Virus record (IMG/VR): IMGVR_UViG_2799112923_000001
Strand: one strand, 5' to 3'
DNA from: a virus
Lineage: Duplodnaviria > Heunggongvirae > Uroviricota > Caudoviricetes
Length of the DNA: 64,000 bases
Shown here: positions 20,569-29,335 of the stretch, piece after piece
Layout of the letters: the number at the start of each line of letters is the position of its first letter
Numbering within the stretch: the first letter of the stretch is position 1
The notes under the pieces: model-generated
The model's input: the letters and a program-made list of their open reading frames with translations, nothing else
Told to the model about the DNA's origin: nothing
Databases searched by the model: none
Made by a program: the position numbers and the translations under genes

Positions 20569-20987
20569 TTTACATTGGTTACAGAATAGAAGATGATGTA
20601 GTTTATAAAACTTTGAATGGCGAGAAATTCAAACTTGTAAGTTATTTCTCCGATTCCACATGGCATAATACAGGTAGAGTTGCTATTACTATTGAAACTG
20701 ACGCAAAAGAAAGATTCACATTTGATTACAATTTAGAGAAAGAAGATAGTGGCAGTTGGAATGAAAGACATTCACATAAACGATTACATTATTTTATGAT
20801 AACCTGCACTACACTATCTGATAACGATATTTGTATTAAGAATGACCAAGGAAAAGATGCCGATGATACTTGGATTCCATTTTTGGATTGGGTAGATAAG
20901 TTAATATGCCCAATTAGAGATTTTATGCAAAAACGCAGCAAAGAAATGGATGCTGTGCAAAACATTGAGAAAGATTTCGCAGATTAA
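20565..20987 (+). CDS. DF-motif family protein
   Basis: Ends VQNIEKDFAD*. Confidence 0.75.
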   Translation: MIYIGYRIEDDVVYKTLNGEKFKLVSYFSDSTWHNTGRVAITIETDAKERFTFDYNLEKEDSGSWNERHSHKRLHYFMITCTTLSDNDICIKNDQGKDADDTWIPFLDWVDKLICPIRDFMQKRSKEMDAVQNIEKDFAD

Positions 20988-21029
20988 ATTTTTAAAAAGT
21001 TTCGTACAAAAGAATATGATTTCTATATT

Positions 21030-21415
21030 TGTGGTTGACATTTTTGAAGTCATATTCCTCGGAACGAACAGCAACCCAATGCGAGTATCGGTAGAGGGTA
21101 TGCCAATGGTGTATGAATTAGTGTACACCCAAGACAAATTGAAATCTAATAGCGAAGTAAAGATTAGCACTCTTTACACATAGCCGCCATAGTTTTAATG
21201 GATGTAGCCGGAATACAGGATGACCGCTCCGTAAGCCATTATGTAAATCTCACAGGAGTTGAAGCACGAAACTTTATACCAAAAGAATTGTGTATAAACT
21301 CAGTTTATAAGTTGAAACCTTATAGGCTGGAATTTTCGCAGCTCACATTACCCAAAAGAACATTGTTTCTCATAGAGAAACACAAAATTCTCAAAGAGAA
21401 TTTTGTTAGTATTAA
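21030..21415 (+). ncRNA. Candidate structured non-coding RNA
   Basis: About 430-nt break in a tightly coupled array, locally GC-richer, at least six stem-loops, TATATT at 21024. Confidence 0.35.
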
Positions 21416-21418
21416 ATT

Positions 21419-21679
21419 ATGACTAGAAATGATATAATTGAAAGAATTTTAGAACGAATAGAAAAACATCGCCAAGAAAACTACTCAAAAAATTCATGTG
21501 TATTTTTCTTTACTTCACAATGGCCTTATAAAGAACTCAATACAATGTTTACAAATTGTGGAATAAAATATAATTGGAATGAAGATAAATCATATCTTAC
21601 ATTAGAATGGGATGATTTAGGATATAAGAAATTTATTAACATAATAGATGAATATAAACTAAAGGATGATTTTGAATGA
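21419..21679 (+). CDS. DF-motif family protein
   Basis: Ends YKLKDDFE*. Confidence 0.7.
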   Translation: MTRNDIIERILERIEKHRQENYSKNSCVFFFTSQWPYKELNTMFTNCGIKYNWNEDKSYLTLEWDDLGYKKFINIIDEYKLKDDFE

Positions 21680-21879
21680 ATTGGCAAGAAGCAATTAAAA
21701 TAAATTTGGAAATTAAATTAAGAAAATTAATGAGAAAACATTTTGGTTTATATTTAAAGTTATCTCAACCTAACAGAGAATCCCAAAAAGATATTTGGGA
21801 AGAAATGAAACTGATTGATAAGAAAATTAAAGAAATTCAAAAAGAACTTGAAGTATATAAGGATTTTTTGAATGATTAG
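21676..21879 (+). CDS. DF-motif family protein (short)
   Basis: Ends ELEVYKDFLND*. Confidence 0.65.
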   Translation: MNWQEAIKINLEIKLRKLMRKHFGLYLKLSQPNRESQKDIWEEMKLIDKKIKEIQKELEVYKDFLND

Positions 21880-22294
21880 GTATAGTGAATTTGAAAAGAT
21901 ATGTAAAGATTTGAATTTACGCATTTGTGGGAATTATATTTTTACTGATGAAAAATACACCCACGATATTCATATTGGTGGTATATTAGCAAATACTGAT
22001 ACTGAATGTATCGGACATGTTTTTTCGGAAAAATACAGATATAAACATCAAAATATAAAACCTTCACCAAATGAAATAGTATGGGAATTTAATTATTTGG
22101 ATGCATTTGTACCAACAGAACTTATGAAACCAAATCTTGTTTATTCAAAATTTACCACAAAGAAAGTATTTTTTAATGTTAAAGATGTTAGGAATTGTTT
22201 AGAACACAGTAAAAAAGAAATAGCAGATTTAGCAACATATAGTAAACGATTTAAAGAAAAACAAGCACTCAATAATATAAAGGAAGATTTTTAA
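21872..22294 (+). CDS. DF-motif family protein
   Basis: Ends LNNIKEDF*. Confidence 0.8.
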   Translation: MIRYSEFEKICKDLNLRICGNYIFTDEKYTHDIHIGGILANTDTECIGHVFSEKYRYKHQNIKPSPNEIVWEFNYLDAFVPTELMKPNLVYSKFTTKKVFFNVKDVRNCLEHSKKEIADLATYSKRFKEKQALNNIKEDF

Positions 22295-22522
22295 ATGGAT
22301 TTAACTGAAGCAATACAAATGTTAAAAATAAATGGGTTTGATATAAATGCTACATCTAATGATGAAGATGAATTAGACCAGATACCATATTATGAGAATG
22401 AACGATTTGGGGCATGGGCAGCCAAAGAAGGGATTGATATTTACTTATCAAATGATGAATTGTGTAAAAAGAAATATGAAGAATACAAAAAGTTAGTTAG
22501 AGCCAAAAGAGATTTTGAATGA
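22295..22522 (+). CDS. DF-motif protein with an LxEA..L..NG[FY] N-terminus
   Basis: Starts MDLTEAIQMLKINGF, ends VRAKRDFE*. Confidence 0.7.
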   Translation: MDLTEAIQMLKINGFDINATSNDEDELDQIPYYENERFGAWAAKEGIDIYLSNDELCKKKYEEYKKLVRAKRDFE

Positions 22523-22809
22523 AGCATTACACTAATTATCCTTATGATTGGGCAGCTGATATGATTAACAGAATTAAAGAATTCTTTAAACAAGCACCAA
22601 TGGGAACAAACACATTTGATATACCATATTTTAATTTAAGTGGTGAAGAAAGAACAGCTTTGAATGATGCTTGTGAAGAAATGGAATGGGTATTAAAAGC
22701 GAAAAAATCTAAACATTTATTAGATTATTTTGTTACAATTACGCCTGAACAACATGCTCAAATCAAACAGGATAGTTTACTAGAACCCATAGAAGAGGAT
22801 TTTAAGTGA
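22519..22809 (+). CDS. DF-motif family protein
   Basis: Ends LEPIEEDFK*. Confidence 0.75.
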   Translation: MKHYTNYPYDWAADMINRIKEFFKQAPMGTNTFDIPYFNLSGEERTALNDACEEMEWVLKAKKSKHLLDYFVTITPEQHAQIKQDSLLEPIEEDFK

Positions 22810-23060
22810 AAATTTCTAGTCAATTTCAAAAATGTTTAGAAACGATTCATAACTTTTTGGATAATAGCACACAATGTTACATTCAATGGATAGGAATGGT
22901 CAGTCAAGATGAGTTTAATTCTTTTATGGATTTAAATAAAATTATAAATGTTTATTTCATTGAAGGAACTTCACATATTAAATTTGAATATAACGATTTA
23001 CAGAAAAAGAAGTTTAAAGAATTTTACAATGAATTGGTGCTAAAAGACGATTTTTCGTAA
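22806..23060 (+). CDS. DF-motif family protein (GTG start)
   Basis: Ends LVLKDDFS*; last gene before promoter. Confidence 0.7.
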   Translation: MKISSQFQKCLETIHNFLDNSTQCYIQWIGMVSQDEFNSFMDLNKIINVYFIEGTSHIKFEYNDLQKKKFKEFYNELVLKDDFS

Positions 23061-23121
23061 ACAAAAATTTACATAATTTTACACAGTTCCTATTGACAGA
23101 ACTGTGTTTTTTATCTATATT
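23056..23121 (+). promoter_or_regulatory. Early promoter with operator; -35 in terminator loop
   Basis: CGTAAA-N6-TTTACA 23056-23073, 19-nt gap, TTGACA 23093, N17, TATATT 23116; ACACAGTTC/GAACTGTGT stem plus T-run. Confidence 0.8.
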
Positions 23122-23150
23122 TACTTATGTAATAAAAAAGAGGTAACAAT

Positions 23151-23333
23151 ATGGCAGAATACACATTTAAAATTGATTTCACTGACAAAGGCAAGAAATT
23201 CACTGCTACTTCTGTGGTTGAACATAATAAATTGTTTGGACCTGTAGATTTGGATGAAATGCTCATTGAATCATTTAAAGATATTTTTAGCCGTCATCCG
23301 ACTGCTAATGACATTCACTGGAAACTTCTTTAA
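23151..23333 (+). CDS. Small early protein
   Basis: GAGG SD. Confidence 0.65.
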   Translation: MAEYTFKIDFTDKGKKFTATSVVEHNKLFGPVDLDEMLIESFKDIFSRHPTANDIHWKLL

Positions 23334-23364
23334 ACAAAATTTTACAATAAGAGAGGTAATAACA

Positions 23365-23628
23365 ATGGCAACAAATCAGGCACTCAAAGATGTTCTCAAA
23401 AGTTTGGAAAAACACATTTTGAAGCGTGTTGATGCGGAAGTGGAAGCAAAGAAACTCATTGAATCCGTTTCTGTAAAAGAAATTGCGGATTTAATTCAAG
23501 AAAACCATCGTTTGAAGAGTGTTAAGAAAGAATACACTCGTTTGATGAAATACACTATGGCATGTAAGAAACTCATTTCTCGTCACTGCCTAACCCAGGA
23601 ACTCATTAACGATACTGCTAATTTGTAA
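23365..23628 (+). CDS. Hypothetical early protein
   Basis: GAGAGG SD before MATNQ. Confidence 0.7.
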   Translation: MATNQALKDVLKSLEKHILKRVDAEVEAKKLIESVSVKEIADLIQENHRLKSVKKEYTRLMKYTMACKKLISRHCLTQELINDTANL

Positions 23629-23642
23629 TAAGAGGAACAATA

Positions 23643-24026
23643 ATGATTGAACAACCGGAATACACGAAAGAAGAAGAAATGTTGGATGTTCATAACCAAC
23701 CGAAATATCCTATTCTGTTGGATAAGAAGTACACAGGTTGTTTCTATGGTCGCAGGAGAAATAATTTTCTTTGTTTCATTTCAAGGGATTTTAATTTCAA
23801 AAATAAGCCGGTTACATTCAAGGGTTGGTTTGTTCGTGCTATGATTGAATCTATTGATGATAGTCAGTGGACTGCTGACATTGATTGTTCTACATTTGAA
23901 GAAGCAAAAGAAAAATTAAAGATTGCCCGTAGATTTCTTTCTGTATTGCCGAGAAAGGGAATTTCCCTTGAATACTTTAGAGAGTATTTTGAAAAACAAA
24001 ATGGTTTCGTAATTGATTTGTGGTAA
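23643..24026 (+). CDS. Hypothetical protein
   Basis: GAGGA SD. Confidence 0.7.
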   Translation: MIEQPEYTKEEEMLDVHNQPKYPILLDKKYTGCFYGRRRNNFLCFISRDFNFKNKPVTFKGWFVRAMIESIDDSQWTADIDCSTFEEAKEKLKIARRFLSVLPRKGISLEYFREYFEKQNGFVIDLW

Positions 24027-24030
24027 TAAT

Positions 24031-24117
24031 ATGAAAACATTTATTTACGGATTTGCTACTATAACATTGGGTACAATGTTTTTGTATCTAATGTTTCATT
24101 TTGTGAGAGGACTATGA
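24031..24117 (+). CDS. Small membrane peptide (28 aa)
   Basis: MKTFIYGFATITLGTMFLYLMFHFVRGL fills the gap and overlaps next ATG. Confidence 0.4.
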   Translation: MKTFIYGFATITLGTMFLYLMFHFVRGL

Positions 24118-24386
24118 CTTATACAGAATTATACCGAGTAATAAAGAAATTAAATATCGTTGAATCTGCTGGTGGTCATTTGTACTTTGACCATGTGGAT
24201 ATGCCAAAAACCCATATTGGAAGATATGGTAAAGATTTAGTCAGTAATTATGGTGTAAAGCCAAATGGTGGCAGTTGGGTTCACGAAGAATACTCAGCAG
24301 AAAGGGCATTACAAAGAGCCATTGTAAATTTAAAAGAAAAAGAAAACCAAAAAGAACTAGAAAAAATTAAAGGAGATTTCGTATGA
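24114..24386 (+). CDS. DF-motif family protein
   Basis: Ends LEKIKGDFV*. Confidence 0.75.
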   Translation: MTYTELYRVIKKLNIVESAGGHLYFDHVDMPKTHIGRYGKDLVSNYGVKPNGGSWVHEEYSAERALQRAIVNLKEKENQKELEKIKGDFV

Positions 24387-24748
24387 CCTTATTCATTCTA
24401 ATGTTTCTCGCCCATTGTATTGATGATTTCTTTCTTCAGGGTGGTTGCCTAGTTAATCTTAAACAGAAGTCATGGTGGGAAAAGCAAACCCAGGATGCCA
24501 AGTATTCCAAAGATTATCTTATGGGTTTGTTTATCCATGCGTTTGAATGGTCGGCAATGCTGTGCCTCGTCTTGATGATGTTTGGTGCCAGTAATTGGTT
24601 TCTTGCAGGTTCATTCTTCATTAACGGATTTATTCACATGTTCGTGGATGATTTGAAGGCTAACCGCTTTAAGATAAATCTAATCCAGGACCAATTAATC
24701 CATTTGGTACAAATTACCACTACTGTAATTTTGTTCTATTTCATTTAG
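24383..24748 (+). CDS. DUF3307-like membrane protein
   Basis: LAHCIDDFFLQ, IH and HMFVDDLK motifs, DQLIHL. Confidence 0.75.
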   Translation: MTLFILMFLAHCIDDFFLQGGCLVNLKQKSWWEKQTQDAKYSKDYLMGLFIHAFEWSAMLCLVLMMFGASNWFLAGSFFINGFIHMFVDDLKANRFKINLIQDQLIHLVQITTTVILFYFI

Positions 24749-24757
24749 GACTTTACA

Positions 24758-25090
24758 ATGATTAACTCTCAATTTTTCAAAGATTGTGGATTAATACCAC
24801 TCAATGAAGAAGATGTAAAATGTGGTATTGCCGACGAATGTATGTGGTCTTTTCCAGGCCTAGAAAATGATTGGGTAGTTAAATCTTCAGTACATAGAAA
24901 TGCTGGTATGGTTATTAGTGAATTTGTTGTAAAAGATAATGTTATTAACACGATTTCATTACACCCTTATTTTATAGAAGAACCAAACGATTTGAATGAC
25001 TTGAAGAATACGATTATTCAACTAAATATGAAGTATAAAAACACAAAAGAAAAGATGTTATTAGAGGCTATTAAAGATGACTTTCACTAA
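24758..25090 (+). CDS. DF-motif family protein
   Basis: Ends LEAIKDDFH*. Confidence 0.75.
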   Translation: MINSQFFKDCGLIPLNEEDVKCGIADECMWSFPGLENDWVVKSSVHRNAGMVISEFVVKDNVINTISLHPYFIEEPNDLNDLKNTIIQLNMKYKNTKEKMLLEAIKDDFH

Positions 25091-25415
25091 TGAAATGAAA
25101 TTAGGTGAAGTTAGCGACACATTAGAATTTATTGACTGGTTGTGTGAACAAACTGGTTGTAAGCCATACAAAGGACCTTTTGATGGCATTATATATGGTG
25201 ATATAACAAATAAATTTGTATTTGTGTATGTAAAAGCGATTAAGCAGTGGAGATATGATTTAAAATTAGACGATGAATATGAATCTTATGACCGACCAAT
25301 TTTTCCTGAATCGGAAATTGGTGCTTTAGTTGGTTTTATTAATGACCGAGTATTGGTAATTAAAGATAAGTTAATGGAAAAGAAAGAAGAAAAAGTACAG
25401 GAAGATTTTGTATGA
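25077..25415 (+). CDS. DF-motif family protein
   Basis: Ends EEKVQEDFV*. Confidence 0.75.
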   Translation: MTFTNEMKLGEVSDTLEFIDWLCEQTGCKPYKGPFDGIIYGDITNKFVFVYVKAIKQWRYDLKLDDEYESYDRPIFPESEIGALVGFINDRVLVIKDKLMEKKEEKVQEDFV

Positions 25416-25726
25416 CTGCTGACGATATTTTAATAGATAATGGTTTCTTTGTTTTAAGTGAAGTTGGTGGTTGGAGATATTATAGTTTTGACCGGACTCA
25501 AAAAGGTTGGATTGGTAGAACTAAAATAGGCTCCCATACAGCAGAATTTTGTAAAAGAAATTATATAGAAAAAGATAAAATAACAGTAGATAATCTTACT
25601 TCATATTGGTTAGTTACACCATTGGATTTCGGCAGTTTTAACCACGATGTTAAAGTGTTTGTAAAAGAATTTAAGAATAACAAACAACAACTAAATATAA
25701 AAAACATTAACAAAGATTTTGAATGA
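25412..25726 (+). CDS. DF-motif family protein
   Basis: Ends IKNINKDFE*; unshifted in-frame CGG at 25493. Confidence 0.75.
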   Translation: MTADDILIDNGFFVLSEVGGWRYYSFDRTQKGWIGRTKIGSHTAEFCKRNYIEKDKITVDNLTSYWLVTPLDFGSFNHDVKVFVKEFKNNKQQLNIKNINKDFE

Positions 25727-26124
25727 CAACCGACGAATTAAGAGATAAATTTGAGAATTTTAAAGCCATTGATGACAAATGGCTTTTTCTGTTATCATTA
25801 GCCAAAGAAAACAAATGTACAGAAAATATCCGAGAAGATAAATGGTTAATTCAAGGTTGTAGTTCTAAAATATGGCTCAAACCAAGTTATGTAAACAATT
25901 CTTTACAATTTGAAGTTGATGGCGAATATGGGATTTCATTAGGATTAGCCAAACTAGCCACATTATTGTACAATGGCAGTACTGCCCAGGAAGCATACCA
26001 AGTAGACCAGAACATTTTTATAGAGATTGGTTTATTGAATGGATTAAGTGCGACCAGGAACAATGGTTTTACGAGCATTTTAAAGACTATACGAATGTAT
26101 ATAGAAGTTTACAAAAGGATTTAG
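25723..26124 (+). CDS. sufE: SufE-family sulfur acceptor protein
   Basis: IQGCSSKIWL active-site Cys, EVDGE, GL...LSATRNNGF. Confidence 0.85.
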   Translation: MTTDELRDKFENFKAIDDKWLFLLSLAKENKCTENIREDKWLIQGCSSKIWLKPSYVNNSLQFEVDGEYGISLGLAKLATLLYNGSTAQEAYQVDQNIFIEIGLLNGLSATRNNGFTSILKTIRMYIEVYKRI

Positions 26125-26130
26125 ATACGA

Positions 26131-26160
26131 AAAAGCGGCTCAAAAAAGAGCCGCTATTTT
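26131..26160. terminator. Bidirectional intrinsic terminator
   Basis: AGCGGCTC-AAAAAA-GAGCCGCT with A/T flanks. Confidence 0.8.
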
Positions 26161-26163
26161 CAT

Positions 26164-26727
26164 TTACATTTCAAAGATATTGTCCTGATTATCCTTTAAA
26201 TCAAGAATTTCAAACGATGGGTCATCACCGATTTGAATATCCACACCACCCGATGCTTCTTCATACGGAGCATAAACAGAACCCGAGAGCTTCGCATTGT
26301 GTTTCTTTAAGAGTGCCTTAAATTCTTCCATAAAAGCATTCTTGCGAGATTCAATTTCCTGCTGACGGATTTCGTCTTGATACTGTTGGTTGATTTCTTG
26401 GATAGACTGTTCAACTCGTTCACCCGCAAAATCATAAATGAAACCAAGTTCCGGGTGCTTCTTCACATAGGTAGTGATAGAAGAAAGAGAACGCAGAGCA
26501 GATTCAGGAATGTGAGCCTTGTGAGAAACATTCCAGTAAGACGGAGAAGTATAGAGAAAATCATGTCTTTCGGTAAACTCAATGGATGTATGGTCCTTCA
26601 CCCACACCTTCTTCTTTGCGTTGAAACGAGCCACCACACGAATACGGAAGAAACGATAATTTTCGTCAACCTTGATTTGGTTGGAAATTTGAATGTATCT
26701 AGTGAGATTTTCGTTGGTGTTGAGCAT
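26164..26727 (-). CDS. Hypothetical early protein
   Basis: GAGG SD and own promoter; 187 aa. Confidence 0.7.
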   Translation of the reverse strand: MLNTNENLTRYIQISNQIKVDENYRFFRIRVVARFNAKKKVWVKDHTSIEFTERHDFLYTSPSYWNVSHKAHIPESALRSLSSITTYVKKHPELGFIYDFAGERVEQSIQEINQQYQDEIRQQEIESRKNAFMEEFKALLKKHNAKLSGSVYAPYEEASGGVDIQIGDDPSFEILDLKDNQDNIFEM

Positions 26728-26758
26728 TGTTTACCTCTTTTGTTTCGTTTATGGTTAA

Positions 26759-26862
26759 AATATAGATAAAAACTGCGCAGTTGTCAATAAGAAATGTGTA
26801 AAATTATGTAAATTTTTATTTACAATATTTTTGTTGACAAACTGCAGAAATTAAACTATATT
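26759..26862. promoter_or_regulatory. Divergent early promoters sharing one operator
   Basis: Minus TTGACA 26787-26782, N17, TATATT; plus TTGACA 26834, N17, TATATT; TGTAAA-N6-TTTACA 26807-26824. Confidence 0.8.
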
Positions 26863-26909
26863 ATAACTATCAAACAAGAAACAATAAATGGTGCGGAAAG
26901 GAAAATAAT

Positions 26910-27179
26910 ATGATTAAATTACAATATCCAATTAACGATTGTATTGTTGACGATGATAATACCCATCCCATTTATTTTGACAAACTCATTTATGTTAAAA
27001 AACTTGACGGAAAAAGAAGATATGAGGTGAAATACAAAACCCATCTCAATTCTCTCAGTTGGGAATCCACGATTGAAATTAACCCGTCTAAAACAGTTAG
27101 AAACATTGTTATAGACCACACTGTATATTTTTCTAAAAAAGATTTTAAAATTCTTTGCGAAAAATACCCGGAGGCATAA
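26910..27179 (+). CDS. Hypothetical protein
   Basis: AAGGA SD; TAATG coupled. Confidence 0.6.
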   Translation: MIKLQYPINDCIVDDDNTHPIYFDKLIYVKKLDGKRRYEVKYKTHLNSLSWESTIEINPSKTVRNIVIDHTVYFSKKDFKILCEKYPEA

Positions 27180-27514
27180 TGACTATTGTTGAACTTGATT
27201 TACTCGTAAAAGCCGCTGGTCTTTTTGGTCTTGATGTAGTGGGTGGTTATATTGCTAGACCTGATGTAGAAACATTCTACACTATAAGGGTTGAAGATGA
27301 TATACTCACATTTTATCGTTGTATTTCGTTGATTAATACAACCAATTCCATTAGACCAAACATAAAGAGAGCATACAAGGTCATGTTGGCAGATGCCGAC
27401 CCAAAAGAAATCGGAAAAGAATTGGTTAAGTATATGACCAGGTATAACTATTTGAAGAAAAAGCAGAAGAATGAACAAGAACTCAGGAATATAGCAAACG
27501 AATTTGAGGACTAA
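27179..27514 (+). CDS. DF-motif family variant (EF)
   Basis: Starts MTIVELDLLVKAAGL, ends LRNIANEFED*. Confidence 0.7.
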   Translation: MTIVELDLLVKAAGLFGLDVVGGYIARPDVETFYTIRVEDDILTFYRCISLINTTNSIRPNIKRAYKVMLADADPKEIGKELVKYMTRYNYLKKKQKNEQELRNIANEFED

Positions 27515-27518
27515 AAAT

Positions 27519-27869
27519 ATGTTAGAATCAAAGAAAGATATGAAAGACCACAAATACGGAGCTGCACATCGCAGAATGCGTGAGGCAAAGAAAGGAATGT
27601 TACAAACCAAAGAAGAAGTTAGAAACGAATCGTGTTTTGAATGGCATGCCAGAGTTGATAAGGTTTGGGAAGAATTTAATTTAGACGATAAAGTAGAATG
27701 TTGTAGATATAGACGTCATAATGGTTATTCTAATCATGGAAGATGTTGTAAGAAAAATGACCAAGCACGCCGAGTTCCTGGTTATCGCAAAATGAAACAA
27801 AACAAGTTTGAAAAAGACAGACAGAAGATGGAATACAGAATTTCTCGTCAGGAGGCTACATTTGCTTAA
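27519..27869 (+). CDS. Basic hypothetical protein
   Basis: GAGGA SD; Arg/Lys rich. Confidence 0.6.
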   Translation: MLESKKDMKDHKYGAAHRRMREAKKGMLQTKEEVRNESCFEWHARVDKVWEEFNLDDKVECCRYRRHNGYSNHGRCCKKNDQARRVPGYRKMKQNKFEKDRQKMEYRISRQEATFA

Positions 27870-28041
27870 AATTTACATTTTATATTTCATTTGTTCCGGT
27901 TTGGGAAATGGAGTAGCCCACACTACCCAAAGCCAGTATATCAGTCTAGAAGATTGTGAAAAGAAGAAAACAGAATTGGTTACGGCAGCAAAGAATTTGG
28001 GTTTACAGGCCAAGGGTGTATGTAAGGAAAAGACACGATGA
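27862..28041 (+). CDS. Small hypothetical protein (TTG start)
   Basis: GGAGG SD at 27851. Confidence 0.5.
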   Translation: MLKIYILYFICSGLGNGVAHTTQSQYISLEDCEKKKTELVTAAKNLGLQAKGVCKEKTR

Positions 28042-28382
28042 CTATTAGTGAAGTTTACGATATTAGCACCAAATTGGGATTTAATGCGTTTTATTGTAAT
28101 GGAAATACTGGTGTATTAGTTTATCCAGCAAACCCAACATCCTGCGGGTGGTGTGTAAATGCTATTTACAGCACTATGGTTTTGGTAGAAAATCCACAAG
28201 CAGTTGCTCATAAAACAAGAACTGTGTTATCGTGGAAAAAGAAATCTACTATACCATTAAACAACATTACAGCAACAGAATTTGAAAACCGAATGAACCA
28301 AATTTTGTTAAATCTTAATTTCGCACTAAAGCAAATTCAATTAAGTAAGAATCTAAACAAAATTAACAAGGATTTTAAATAA
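28038..28382 (+). CDS. DF-motif family protein
   Basis: Starts MTISEVYDISTKLGF, ends LNKINKDFK*. Confidence 0.8.
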   Translation: MTISEVYDISTKLGFNAFYCNGNTGVLVYPANPTSCGWCVNAIYSTMVLVENPQAVAHKTRTVLSWKKKSTIPLNNITATEFENRMNQILLNLNFALKQIQLSKNLNKINKDFK

Positions 28383-28831
28383 TGGAACGGATTGAAATTT
28401 CAAAAGAAGAAATGCAGCAGATTATCAAGAGTGGTAATCTTTATTTCGCTCACCCAGTTAACCTTGGTCGGGGAATTTATCCAGTAAAGAGTATGAGAAC
28501 TCTCAAAAAAATTACTATGGAATCCAACGAAAGCGAGGACTATGGGGATGTATTGGAGATTTTCACATATTGGGAAAACAGAGAAACCCCATTATTTGAC
28601 ATTGTTGCTATGGCTGACAAGAACTATGTGAATATGGGTGATGTAAAACTCAAGTATGAACTTAGTGATTGTTCGTTGTTTGGGATGTATTGGTTCAAGG
28701 ATAACAAGCCTAGTGTTGGTATGCTCAATATGAGCCAAATGTTAGACATTCCAATGCCGACAGATACAGATTTGGAGAAATACACACGAAATAACTATGA
28801 AGTAGCGAAAGCCAGCTTTGATTTTATCTAA
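28382..28831 (+). CDS. Hypothetical protein
   Basis: TAATG coupled; ends ASFDFI*; two unshifted in-frame CGG (28388, 28469). Confidence 0.65.
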   Translation: MERIEISKEEMQQIIKSGNLYFAHPVNLGRGIYPVKSMRTLKKITMESNESEDYGDVLEIFTYWENRETPLFDIVAMADKNYVNMGDVKLKYELSDCSLFGMYWFKDNKPSVGMLNMSQMLDIPMPTDTDLEKYTRNNYEVAKASFDFI

Positions 28832-28852
28832 AATTTGTTGTTGTTACCTCGT

Positions 28853-28885
28853 AGAGGGTCGCTTTTTGGGCGACCCTCTTTTTTT
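28853..28885 (+). terminator. Intrinsic terminator
   Basis: AGAGGGTCGC/GCGACCCTCT stem plus T-run. Confidence 0.85.
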
Positions 28886-28892
28886 ATAAATA
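28885..28892 (+). promoter_or_regulatory. T4-type late promoter
   Basis: TATAAATA; ATG 12 nt from its first base. Confidence 0.75.
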
Positions 28893-28896
28893 CATT

Positions 28897-29334
28897 ATGA
28901 GATTTGAACAATTTATAAACGAAAATTACGAAGCTGCCGATGAACAATGGAACCAGGATATAAAAGAGATATATTCTTGGGTAAAGTCATTGGAAAATGA
29001 TAGGGTTGTAATAGAATATCGCAAACAAAATAATAGATGTTTACGAATTACATACAAAAACGAAGATTACGAATATCCTATCCTAGATTTGGAAGATATT
29101 TTCTTAACCCCTGACTATGTTCGTATTTTAGACGCAGATGGTGAACCATTAGTCAGTAGATTGGATTTCACAGAATATAACATTGTTTTAGACGAAAAGA
29201 AGTATACAAAGAATTATGAATTGAAAGTAAAACAATGGAAACAGTCGGAATTACAGAAATTGACACTAAATGATTTGAAAAAGAAGATTTCCGAAAGCAT
29301 TAAACAAGTAGATTCATTTAATAGGAAGAAGTAA
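28897..29334 (+). CDS. Putative virion internal protein
   Basis: Late promoter; MRFEQFINE resembles the T4 capsid-targeting sequence. Confidence 0.6.
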   Translation: MRFEQFINENYEAADEQWNQDIKEIYSWVKSLENDRVVIEYRKQNNRCLRITYKNEDYEYPILDLEDIFLTPDYVRILDADGEPLVSRLDFTEYNIVLDEKKYTKNYELKVKQWKQSELQKLTLNDLKKKISESIKQVDSFNRKK

Positions 29335-29335
29335 T

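Noticed and set aside
21183-21260. tRNA starting GCCGCCATAGTTTTAATGG
   Set aside because: The 5' end looks tRNA-like but there is no T-arm (GTTCRA) or matching acceptor strand.
20950-21422. ORFs 20950-21183 and 21198-21422 as real genes
   Set aside because: No SD or coupling, no DF tail and atypical composition; the region is better explained as structured RNA.
4300-28382. Integron cassette array, CRISPR array or DGR
   Set aside because: No attC-like palindromes between genes (they overlap), no constant repeat-spacer units, and no reverse transcriptase or TR/VR pair in the window.
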